Shown here: positions 13,191-24,035 of the stretch, piece after piece
Position numbering within the stretch: position 1 is the stretch's first letter
How the letters are laid out: the number at the start of each line of letters is the position of its first letter
Assembly (NCBI GenBank): GCA_964016885.1
Contig: OZ024741.1
Coordinates: 411,308,001-411,372,000 of the forward strand
From: Eledone cirrhosa
Taxonomy: Eukaryota
Reading direction: 5' to 3'
DNA length: 64,000 bases
Program-made: the position numbers and the translations under genes
Notes under the pieces: model-generated
What the model saw: the letters and a program-made list of their open reading frames with translations, nothing else
The model's database searches: none
What the model was told of the DNA's origin: nothing

Positions 13191-13414
13191 TTATGTAAAA
13201 GTTTGCTGGAAGATTTTAATTCAAGTAGGGACCCTTTGAATGGGTGATTTTGTTTCATAGAACCAGAACCTGGGCTGATAGGGTTAAATATGAGCCCTTA
13301 AAATGGGTGGTTTTGTTTCATAGAACCAGACACAGTTTTGGCCAGGTTGGTATCAAAAGGTTTAAAATGAGATGATTCTATATGGTTTTATTTCTCTACC
13401 TCTCACCTATCTAG

Positions 13415-13590
13415 CCAGCTGGTTGTACTGGAATCAGATATATAGAAGCAGGAGGGAAATTAGATGCCTTATGCCTGGTGGATCTTGTTTGTGCAGCTGA
13501 TGAAAATGAAAATTGTGAAGAAAGATCTCTCCAAGACAGACCATGTCTTCAACCAAGTCAACTGAGACCTTTTGGATATGGACTGTTGAG
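13415..13590 (+). CDS. Internal coding exon (phase 0 to phase 2) of an unidentified host gene; translates PAGCTGIRYIEAGGKLDALCLVDLVCAADENENCEERSLQDRPCLQPSQLRPFGYGLL
   Basis: Polypyrimidine tract plus TAG acceptor ending at 13414; perfect AG|GTAAGT donor at 13591; 58 open codons of complex sequence; not in the ORF track. Confidence 0.75.
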
Positions 13591-13992
13591 GTAAGTCACT
13601 TATTCTTTTACTGGTTGATGTCATTATATATGGGAGATAGTTCCCCAGAAAGTTAACAAGGATTTACCACAACTAATATCAATAATGACTTATTGTAAAG
13701 ATTTGTACTATTAATGAATGACAACCACCAGTGAAGTCATTCTTCTCTTTCACACACACATACATACATATATATCATCATCATCATCAACATCACTGTT
13801 TAACGTCCATTTCCACGTTAGCATGGATATAACTTAATTTAGTTATCACTCGCACTGATTTTAAGTATCTAGTCTTTAATGCAAAGAAATACCAATGATA
13901 ATCAACAGACTACTGATGATGGACATTCCTGTTTCTCAGTCTATTTTCATTCATATGTTCATATTTGCAACAACGCAGCACGCCATTTTTCA

Positions 13993-14030
<38 letters not shown>

Positions 14031-14036
<6 letters not shown>

Positions 14037-14223
14037 AAAAGAGTCAGGACCCTGACAGCTGAGCTCCAGCCATTTCGACAGCTAGTTCGGATCTAGCTGT
14101 TGAAACGGCTGGAGCTCAGCCGTCGGGGTCCTGACTCTTTTCCTATTACCCACTCTACTACCCAAAGTATCGAGCACTCTGATGCGTTATGATCCACCTG
14201 GTACCTTCCACACTTCCTTCGTT
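14031..14223 (+). mobile_element. Small fold-back element in (TA)n, probably a Penelope-like pLTR remnant; ~54-bp inverted arms plus an ~80-bp tail
   Basis: Arms 14032-14085 and 14093-14146; contains the hammerhead 3' half GAAAC-GGCTG-gagct-CAGCC-GTC; same family as 44305-44526. Confidence 0.7.
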
Positions 14224-14231
14224 ATATATAC

Positions 14232-14310
<79 letters not shown>

Positions 14311-14317
<7 letters not shown>

Positions 14318-14897
14318 TTAGTCCTTCATCAGTGATCTTCCAGCCTTCATTGGTATTTCATCGCTTTAAAGACCATATACCTCTGGTTGATGCGAGCAAC
14401 GGCTAAAGAAAGTCGTTGGGACACATAAATAGGGGGAACGAGCGAGACAGTAAACAAACAAAGATGGTTATGCAACGAAAAGTGAGGAAGAAGGAGTCAA
14501 GTCCCTGAAATTGATGAACATAAGTTCTGTGAAATCGTAGATGAGAGATAAAGACCATCCAACCTGGTTGAAATGTGAGTGAGGAAAGAATTTTGTACAG
14601 GTCAAACGGGAGGAAGTAGGAGAGGGAGTAGCAGAGAGTGAGTGAGTGAAAGTGTGAGGAAGAGGCTAACAGAGAGAGTGACTGGCAGAGGGGGTAAAAA
14701 GAAAGTGAGAGATACAGAGAAAGGGGAAGCAGTAAGAAAGAAACTGACGGGTCACAGCGGAGGAAAATATATAAATATATGAAAAATATGAAAACATTGC
14801 GTGGTGCATGGTTGCAAATAGGTTACATATGAATAAATTTAGTCCTTCATCAGTGATCTTCCAGCCTTCATTGGTATTTCATCGCTTTAAAGACCAT
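14311..14897. repeat. ~590-bp segment bounded by identical ~66-bp direct repeats (14311-14377 and 14832-14897), flanked by (TA)n; possibly a partial tandem pLTR
   Basis: AATAAATTTAGTCCTTCATCAG...AAAGACCATATA occurs at both ends; the minus strand has CTGATGAAGGAC with no matching GAAA. Confidence 0.55.
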
Positions 14898-14914
14898 ATA
14901 TATATATATATATC

Positions 14915-15760
14915 TGTGTGATGCATGTCTACAAACAACAATGTTGCACAGCAGAAAGACCTGGGCACTGTTTACAGAGGACCAATGAAGATTGGAAAGA
15001 AATGAAGCCTCCATGCTTCTATGGATGTGCAATAGTAATATACAAAAACGACAAAGCATAAATGAACTGAGAGAGAAACTAGACATAAGAGGAATTAAGT
15101 GCTGTGTGCAGAAGAAGAGATTGTGTTGGTATGGACATGTGATGTGTATGAAGAATGACAGCTGCATAAAAAGGTGCAGAATACTCACAGTTGACAGTAG
15201 CCGTGGTGAAGGCAGGCCTAGGAAGACTTGGTATAATAAAAGCTAACTTTGCACAATTACACCTTGCTAAGGCAATAACACAGGACCATGACCTCTGGCG
15301 CTATGAAGTAATGCAGAAAACCTGCCCTATATTCTTCTCACGGTGAGGCATATACCTAGCAGGCAACACCATTCCTTACCATCTCCCCTCCCATAAACCT
15401 CCACTATACCTACATCCACAATTTCAGCAAGCATCTTCCCCACCCCACCCAAGTTTCCAACTTCCTCTATAAAGTGATCCCCCCTGGAGCCATGACAAAA
15501 GCACCCAGTCCACACGGTAAAGTGGTCATGTAGGTGTCATGACAAAAGCACCCAGTCCACACTGTAAAGTGGTCATGTAGGTGACACAGCAAAAAGGCTC
15601 CCAGTCCACATTATAAATGAGGTTGGTGTCAGGAAGGGCATCTGGCCGTAGAAACCAAGCCAAAATCAGTTCTGTGTGAGCAAATCACCCACAAAGGGAC
15701 AGCCTCTCCTACCCATGCTAGTGTGGAAGATAGACGTTAAATAATGATGATGATGATGAT
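14915..15760 (+). mobile_element. RTE-clade LINE 3' fragment, degenerate, with 3' UTR and (TGA)n tail
   Basis: ERNEASMLLWMC...RLCWYGHV...GRPRKTW matches the C-terminus of the 39.5-kb RTE ORF; ~47-bp UTR repeats at 15490-15620. Confidence 0.88.
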
Positions 15761-15808
15761 AAATACATATATATGTATATATATACATATATGTATATAT
15801 ATATATAT

Positions 15809-16240
15809 ATATTGAAAGAGTGAAGAAAAACGGTCAACAGTACAAAAAAGGGTTTTATTTACAGTCTTAACAATTGTTTCACTGATTAAGTTGTCTAAAA
15901 ATTGCTGAACACTTGAAGCTGTGCCACTCAATTTTAAATACGTTGTTAGAAAAACTGTTAAAATATGCTCAGTTTCCATGAATTCAAATCAGTGAAACAA
16001 TTGTTAAGGCTGTAAATAAAACCCTTTTTTGTACTGTTGACCATGTTATTCTTCACTCTTTCAATATTATTACTCCAAGATAAATTTACATAGGAATGCA
16101 AGAGAACTCAAACTCGCCACCTACGGAAACCTCTTGTTGAGTCAAACAACGCCGTACGCTAAAACTATCCACAATACGAAGTATTCACAACCTCTAACTG
16201 GATTACCTATAACGATAATTTTTTATCGCATAAATATATA
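15809..16240 (+). mobile_element. Fold-back pLTR-like remnant (arms 15809-15887 and 15987-16067) with a hammerhead 3' half
   Basis: ~80-bp inverted arms; GAAAC-AATT-GTT-AAG at 15994; bounded by (TA)n. Confidence 0.55.
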
Positions 16241-16244
16241 TATA

Positions 16245-16494
16245 TCATCATCATCATCATTTTACGTCCGCTTTTCCCTGCTTGCAAGGGTGGGACGGGT
16301 CTTATTCAGCATAGCATCTCTCCACTTGTCACGGTCCTTCGTCATCCCCACCGTGAGCTTCAGCGATCTGAGGTCTGCTCTCACCACCCACGCCCATGTT
16401 TTGTGTGGTCTACCTCTACCACGTCTTCCTTCAACTGGCATTTCCTGGCACTTCTTCACCCATCGGTCATCCTCCAGGCGCATCACATGTCCAT
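16245..16494 (-). mobile_element. RTE LINE 3' fragment, short-UTR subfamily
   Basis: YGHVMRLEDDRWVKKCQEMPVEGRRGRGRP...; the stop codon is followed directly by an (ATG)n tail. Confidence 0.9.
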
Positions 16495-16503
16495 AATATA
16501 TGT

Positions 16504-16562
<59 letters not shown>

Positions 16563-16600
16563 TAAAAAATAAACCAAAGTAGCCTTCAATAATCAAAAGT

Positions 16601-16654
16601 CTTTATTAGCCAACAATGTTTCGTCCTATTAAGGACTCATCAGGGCAAGTAAAG
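16601..16654 (-). ncRNA. Type I minimal hammerhead ribozyme (PLE pLTR), intact
   Basis: Minus strand: CTTTA-ctt-GCC CTGATGA GTCC-ttaata-GGAC GAAAC-att-GTT GGC-taa-TAAAG; full core with helices I, II and a minimal III. Confidence 0.85.
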
Positions 16655-18349
16655 CTACAAGAAGCACTATCGGCCAATACAAGCCAAAAACTCAGAAGAA
16701 TATGGAGTATACATCTATTAAAGCTTAGGAAAGATATCAAGGAAAAGTTGGCTAAGATTAAGAGTGAGCAGTTACAAACATAGATATAGACCAAATAGCA
16801 AGGAAGTGATTAACATGTTGAACCCACATTGCAAATATTGTATAATGCAAACACTTGAAACACAAATGGTAATATAATGCGAGAATTACAGTACGATATA
16901 GAATATAATATAATATAATAGATGGTGATAATAAAAAGCTTAATATATGTATATATATATATATCTATACATATACACATTAGTACAAATACAAACTAAC
17001 ACTTATTAAGTATTTAAATATATATATATATATTAAAACAAATAACGAAACGAAATTAAATTTCGTTTCGTTTGTAACTCACTTTTGTATGACTGACGCT
17101 TAAACAATTAAGTTAAAGATGTACATCCATATATGTATACTGAAATACTAGTATGTATATGAATACACACACGTATACATATGTAGATGTACCAAGTTTT
17201 TTCACTGGTCACTTTACTGTGAGTGGCCAGCTATTCTGTATGTAAACACACAGAAAAACCGGTTTTTAGCGTCATACTGGTTTTTGTGGAAACACCTTTC
17301 CTCTATTCTCCAGAAAGCCAGACAAGGAATATTGAACTAGTTTCGTTGTTGTTACAACTCATCAGCAATATTTACCTATCTTCCGGCCTTTCTAGAGAAT
17401 CGTAAAAGCACATATCGTTATATGCTTTTTCTATGAAAATTAGTAGTGGGCAGACTAATTTGCATAAGAAAAAATCATATAGAACTAAATTGTGTTGAAA
17501 AAATATCTATACCATTGTAACAAATACACGGAGGTCAAGTCATTTTACATTGGCATAAATATTACCAAAATATCACAAAATATTACAAAATATATTTACG
17601 TGGTTGACATACAGACATATATTAATGAAATTACATGGTCAGACAAACAGCGTGTGGTAGTAAAAAAATAAATAAAATAAACCGAAGATCGAAAAACAAA
17701 AACAAGTATATTTACTTAGGTGTCACAAGCAGTTAAGTAAAAGAAAAAAGATAGAAATGTAGACCAGAGAGTTGACTAGAAAACCTTTTTTAATTAATTA
17801 ATATTAAAAGTATTTAAAATACATATTTAGTCACTTCACAATTGGCTAGTGTTTAAGTCATCAAAACCGTATAAGTTTAAGATATCTCAATAAAATTATC
17901 AAGAATAGAGTAAAATATGCTTCGTTCAGTCGAATAACGTTATCAAATAAAAGGACTCTAAATAGAACTATGGTAGACCAATGGGAACAGAAAGAAGAGA
18001 GGTTATGGAGGATAGGAAGGAGCATAAAAGTAAAATCAATATATTATATAATATCATAAAAAGGAGCATAAAGGTGAAATTTATATATAGTATAATAGAA
18101 GGGGCGGATATTAAGTGTGTAGAGGAGGAGGTTCATTAGTTGAATGAGACTCCAAAGAAAGTATTTAATAAGATATAAACTCATAAGGTGTTAGTAGTGA
18201 AACTATAATAATGCTTAAGAAGATAGATAGGGTATGGTAGCCAAAAGACTATGGAAACTAAAATCGAAAAGCTGTAAAAACTAATAATAATAATAATGAT
18301 GATAGTAATCAAAATGAACCTAAACAAAAAAGATAAGGAAATATAGCAG

Positions 18350-19386
18350 CTAATGGATACGATTTAAACTACCAGAACTTTTAGGTCTATAATAGAAGAA
18401 AGAATTAGAAATGGCATGGGGGCAGAAAGAAAATATCTCAGACTTTCTATTAAGCCAAACTTCCCTAGAGAAAATTATAGAGTGGGTCTCTAGGATACAG
18501 AGATTACAGAATTTAGTGTGTGTTGATAGGTTATTAGAGCGTGCTACTATACGCCAATTAAGGCTATATGGCATACCAGCCCCTTTCAGATCCCAGATAT
18601 GGTGTGCTAAAGAAGTAGAGTTCTTAAACTTAACATGCTTAAAATTAGAGATATGAGAATTAAACCTAGTTTTAAAAGTATTAAATGTGGAGCCTATATA
18701 TGTGCTATTAGAAGAATTAGTCTTAACTTCACAAGCATAAACAATGTTCCTAGAGAGGCAGTGACCATTTAAAGGGCAGTTAATACTTACTCTACAGTTA
18801 CACGGCCGGGTGCTATTGACCGGCTGAATGAGTGATGCATCACTCCTATGGTTATTATAAGATAAGGTCTGCTCAGGTGGTAAGGCATTAATGGATCCAT
18901 CAAGACTAGTAGTACTAATTTTCCTATTGTTAGTGCTAGCTAAATGAGAACTAATATTAGGGGTGGTAGAGAATGATAGTTTAATTACATTTTTATTAAA
19001 AATACCATGGTATTTATTAGAAGGAGGGACATTTTTCTCTAAGATAGAAAAGAAAGACCTAGGGATGTTAGTTAATACTTCATGATCATAAGGCGGGTTA
19101 AAATAAGTATTGAGTCTCCTCCTATTTCTATCCTTACCAACTCTACCGTTATCCAGTATCCCACTAATAGGATCAGGGTTACTACGAGGACTAGTTGAAA
19201 CAACATTATTAGAAGCAGCCAAAACCCTATTAAGTCTCCTTCTGTTTCTACCTTTAGTATATCTACTGTTATCTGGAATCATATCAATAGGATTAGGGTT
19301 ACTACCAGGATCAGTTGAAACAACACTATTAGAATTAGTAAAAACATTACCACTGGGTGAGCGATCAGAGTGCCTAACTTGTTCCA
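18350..19386 (-). pseudogene. C-terminal part of a PLE ORF: linker plus GIY-YIG endonuclease with extra Cys motifs; RT lost by truncation
   Basis: YFNPPY..IFNKN.IKLSFS; CNCR.....CPL.GHC; IVY...YIGST...FKTRF.SH; CNLC..E; LNRKSE....CPH; no internal stops. Confidence 0.88.
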
Positions 19387-19747
19387 TAATAGCACATATA
19401 TAGGCTCCACATCTAATACTTTTAAAACTAGGTTTAATTCTCATATCTCTAATTTTAAGCATGTTAAGTTTAAGAACTCTACTTCTTTAGCACACCATAT
19501 CTGGGATTTGAAAGGGGCTGGTATGCCATATAGCCTTAATTGGCGTATAGTAGCACGCTCTAATAACCTATCAACACACACTAAATTCTGTAATCTCTGT
19601 ATCCTAGAGACCCACTCTATAATTTTCTCTAGGGAAGTTTGGCTTAATAGAAAGTCTGAGATATTTTCTTTCTGCCCCCATGCCATTTCTAATTCTTTCT
19701 TCTATTATAGACCTAAAAGTTCTGGTAGTTTAAATCGTATCCATTAG
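19387..19747 (+). pseudogene. Inverted duplicate of the GIY-YIG C-terminal half
   Basis: NSTYIGSTSNTFKTRF...RIH is nearly identical to the minus-strand ORF. Confidence 0.9.
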
Positions 19748-21228
19748 CTGCTATATTTCCTTATCTTTTTTGTTTAGGTTCATTTTGATTACTATCATCA
19801 TTATTATTATTATTAGTTTTTACAGCTTTTCGATTTTAGTTTCCATAGTCTTTTGGCTACCATACCCTATCTATCTTCTTAAGCATTATTATAGTTTCAC
19901 TACTAACACCTTATGAGTTTATATCTTATTAAATACTTTCTTTGGAGTCTCATTCAACTAATGAACCTCCTCCTCTACACACTTAATATCCGCCCCTTCT
20001 ATTATACTATATATAAATTTCACCTTTATGCTCCTTTTTATGATATTATATAATATATTGATTTTACTTTTATGCTCCTTCCTATCCTCCATAACCTCTC
20101 TTCTTTCTGTTCCCATTGGTCTACCATAGTTCTATTTAGAGTCCTTTTATTTGATAACGTTATTCGACTGAACGAAGCATATTTTACTCTATTCTTGATA
20201 ATTTTATTGAGATATCTTAAACTTATACGGTTTTGATGACTTAAACACTAGCCAATTGTGAAGTGACTAAATATATATTTTAAATACTTTTAATATTAAT
20301 TAATTTAAAAAGGTTTTCTAGTCAACTCTCTGGTCTACATTTCTATCTTTTTTCTTTTACTTAACTGCTTGTGACACCTAAGTAAATATACTTGTTTTTG
20401 TTTTTCGATCTTCGGTTTATTTTATTTATTTTTTTACTACCACACGCTGTTTGTCTGACCATGTAATTTCATTAATATATGTCTGTATGTCAACCACGTA
20501 AATATATTTTGTAATATTTTGTGATATTTTGGTAATATTTATGCCAATGTAAAATGACTTGACCTCCGTGTATTTGTTACAATGGTATAGATATTTTTTC
20601 AACACAATTTAGTTCTATATGATTTTTTCTTACCCTGTGTAAAACTTTATACTATTTGTTAACCTTGAATTATATGTATGATGTAATTTTGTATATCTTT
20701 TGATGCCAATATATTATAATATTGTTATTATAATGTTATTATAATGTTTCTATATTGTTTATGCACACTGACAGGAATTATATAGTATATATTTTTTTTA
20801 TTTTTATCTTTATTCTTATTTTTATCTTTATTATATTATACTGTAAACAATATATATATATATATATTTAAATACTTAATAAGTGTTAGTTTGTATTTGT
20901 ACTAATGTGTATATGTATAGATATATATATATACATATATTAAGCTTTTTATTATCACCATCTATTATATTATATTATATTCTATATCGTACTGTAATTC
21001 TCGCATTATATTACCATTTGTGTTTCAAGTGTTTGCATTATACAATATTTGCAATGTGGGTTCAACATGTTAATCACTTCCTTGCTATTTGGTCTATATC
21101 TATGTTTGTAACTGCTCACTCTTAATCTTAGCCAACTTTTCCTTGATATCTTTCCTAAGCTTTAATAGATGTATACTCCATATTCTTCTGAGTTTTTGGC
21201 TTGTATTGGCCGATAGTGCTTCTTGTAG

Positions 21229-21282
21229 CTTTACTTGCCCTGATGAGTCCTTAATAGGACGAAACATTGTTGACTAATAAAG
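21229..21282 (+). ncRNA. Type I minimal hammerhead ribozyme (PLE pLTR) with a helix I mismatch
   Basis: GCC CTGATGA GTCC ttaata GGAC GAAAC att GTT GAC; GGC is changed to GAC relative to the minus-strand copy. Confidence 0.8.
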
Positions 21283-21423
21283 ACTTTTGATGTATTGAAG
21301 GCTTCTTTGGTTTATTTTTTATAATTCTTCGGCTCTGTTTAATTACATTGAGCTATATCTTATACTGTCATTTCTATAATATGAAGAGGGTGTTTAACTC
21401 CAACACACTCTAGTATTTTAATT

Positions 21424-21504
<81 letters not shown>

Positions 21505-21591
21505 GTAAAAGGTAAACAGAAATAACAACACAATCGGTACAGTATATGGAAGGTATATATTAGGTTAATGCTTGATATAGCAGGAAGAGGG

Positions 21592-21627
21592 TCTTAACGT
21601 TTCGGACGCTAGTCCTTCATCCGAAGA
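21592..21627 (-). ncRNA. Hammerhead-like motif with a variant core (CGGATGA) in another pLTR fragment (about 21505-21740)
   Basis: Minus strand: TCTT CGGATGA A GGAC-tagc-GTCC GAAAC GTT AAGA; palindromic AACGTT at helix III. Confidence 0.55.
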
Positions 21628-21744
21628 AACAATGAGAAATAAGATAGATTGAGGGGACGGGTGGGATGGAATTGGAAAAAACGTCTTTAGATAAAAATAA
21701 CAGGTCCATTCATGTTGACATCTTGTGTGTGTGTGTGTAAATAT

Positions 21745-22296
21745 ACCGGTACCTAGGAGATCAGATTAGCATGGGAGGGGGGGGGGGGGTGTCCGAGGCC
21801 ATAGTATCCAGAATAAGGACAGGTTGGAAGAAGTTTAGGGAGCTGCTTCCTCTGCTGACGAAGAAGGGTTTCTCCCTGCGTACGAAAGGCCGGTTATGTG
21901 ATGCCTGTGTGAGGAGCGCGATGCTGCATGGTAGTGAGACATGGGTAGCAACTGCAGAGGATATGCGATGGCTGGAGAAAAATGAGGCATGCATGCTCCG
22001 TTGGATGTGCAATGTCAATGTGCGTGAACGACCCAGCATGAATGTATTGAGAGAGAAACTGTGTCTGAGAGGGATAGAATGTAGTGTGCGAGAGAGGAGA
22101 CTTAGGTGGTATGGACATGTGATGTGCATGGAGGATGACCGATGGGTGAAGAGGTGCCAGGAAATGCCAGTTGAAGGAAGACGTGGTAGAGGTAGACCAC
22201 GAAAAACATGGGCGGACGGGGTGAGAACAGACCTCAGATCCTTGCAAGCAGGGAAGAGCGGACGTAAAATGATGATGATGATGATGATGATGATGA
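21745..22296 (+). mobile_element. RTE LINE 3' fragment with an internal deletion and (ATG)n tail
   Basis: YLGD...RIRTGWKKFRELLPLL...LHGSETW...RRLRWYGHV...GRPRKTW. Confidence 0.92.
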
Positions 22297-22464
22297 TATA
22301 TATATATATTTAATATAGAAATGGCTTCTACAGAACTAGAACTGTTTCTATATAAAATATTTATATTTTGCTATGTATTGAGTACCTTACTGTGGTTAAC
22401 CCCGATTGAACCCAGGATAAACATATATATATATGTGTGTGTGTGTGTGTATGAATATATATAG

Positions 22465-22606
22465 CACCCAGTCCACACTGTAAATGTGGTTGGTGTAAAA
22501 AACCTGCCAGGGATAGTTCTATACGAGCAAGACACGGTCACCCTACCAATCTTGCCTCAAGTGGAACAAGCATGGAAGATGGACATTAAACGATGATGAT
22601 GATGAT
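22465..22606 (+). mobile_element. RTE 3' UTR fragment
   Basis: CAGTCCACACTGTAAATGTGGTTGGTG...GCAAGACA...CTTGCCTCAAGTGG plus (GAT)n matches the 3' end at 42840-43015. Confidence 0.75.
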
Positions 22607-22864
22607 ATATATAGTTCAAATCACTTTGTTCATTTCTACAACCATTTCCATTTATTGAAATGTAATTTGTAAACATCAGTAACAATTTGCAGATTAATTA
22701 ATTAATTAAATCAATAAATATGGCAGTTACATTTCACAAATCTCCTCAGGAAATTTTAGATTTGGAAAATAAATAATTGTTTCTCCTTTTTGCACAAGGC
22801 CAGCAATCACCCAGTACATTACTGGTACTTCATTTTATCGGCCCCTGCCTTTCTATCACACTTA

Positions 22865-23205
22865 GATTGCATATCCAATGAAGTATGGTTGCTTCATTTC
22901 TCTCCAATCTTCACGTCTTCTGCAGTCACAGCCCATGTTTCACTACCATGTAGCACCACATGTCCTCTGCAGTCACAGTCCATGTTTCACTACCATGTAA
23001 CACCACATGTCCTTTGCAGTCACAGTCCATGTTTCACTACCATGCAGTATCACATGTCCCCTACAGTCACAGTCCATATTTCACTACCATGTAGCACCAC
23101 ACTTCACACACAGGCCTCATACAGCCTTCCTTTTGTATGTAGGGAGAAACCCTTTGTTGTCAACAGTGGGAGTAGCTCTCCGAACTTCTTCCATCCTATT
23201 TTCTC
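22865..23205 (-). mobile_element. RTE LINE fragment containing a 4 x 47-bp internal tandem amplification
   Basis: Antisense to the WKKF/LHGSETW region; CAGTCACAG recurs at about 22923, 22970, 23017 and 23064. Confidence 0.85.
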
Positions 23206-24035
23206 CCTCTCGATATATACTAGACCACCCATCACCCACACGCTCACGTTCACTTAAAAATACTTTTTAAATAATTAAAATATATACAGTCATGTATATA
23301 ATGTAAAATGAAATTGGAAGACCCATATATATATGTGTGTGTGTGTATATGTGTATATGTGTGTGTGTGTGTATACATATATATGTGTGTGTATATATAT
23401 GTGGGTGTCTCTGACTTATATACACTGGTCACACACACACACTCACATACTCACATATATACACAACAACACCACCAGCTCTCGCTCTCCCAATTTCCTT
23501 CTCTGTCTCCTCTCCCTCTCTCTCTCTGTCTCTCTTTCAATCTACTCTCTCACAACCTCTATCTCTTTCTCTCTATCTTTTTCTCTATATACTTATAAAG
23601 GTATAAAGGTATCTCGGGAAACCGTGCTCCAATTTATGCGAAACTTGTTTTATTCTATTTGTATTCCCATTTCAGAGGCAACTTCCTTTAAAAGTATTTT
23701 CCAATTATGCGCCCTTTAGTCTGTATTAAATTATAGACAAGCACACAATCACAGAGTTTTAGTAGTATACAGATAGATATGTTTCTTTTATTTGCCACCA
23801 GGGCATCAAAAGTGGGACAAGTACAATGGGGGGAGTTTACAAAACAAGGCGTCCTCAATAAGGAGGAGGCAATAACAATATATAAAAATAAAATAAAATA
23901 TAACAAAAAATAAAATTCATAACAAAGTCCTCAATAGTCCTCATAACAAAGTCGCACACACCCCCGAAAAAAGTGTGCAACCCTTCCTCAGGAGCACAGA
24001 GAAGGGGTGCTCCCTTGGTCTTTCATCTTCCTCAC

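Larger units (their letters stand above)
16557..21427. mobile_element. Penelope-like element (probably Naiad type), 5'-truncated and 5'-inverted, forming a large fold-back with pLTRs at both ends
   Basis: Near-identical inverted arms 17465-18710/19387-20632 and 16557-17033/20851-21325; GIY-YIG ORF; hammerheads in both terminal repeats; inserted in (TA)n. Confidence 0.9.

Noticed and set aside
13232-13330. ~36-bp direct repeat near the exon
   Set aside because: A single small local duplication with no further structure
14320-14345. Hammerhead at minus-strand CTGATGAAGGAC (also about 14845)
   Set aside because: No helix II partner or GAAA downstream
16606-21277. Duplicated 62-aa ORFs ending PDESLIGRNIV
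   Set aside because: Chance translation of the pLTR and hammerhead sequence
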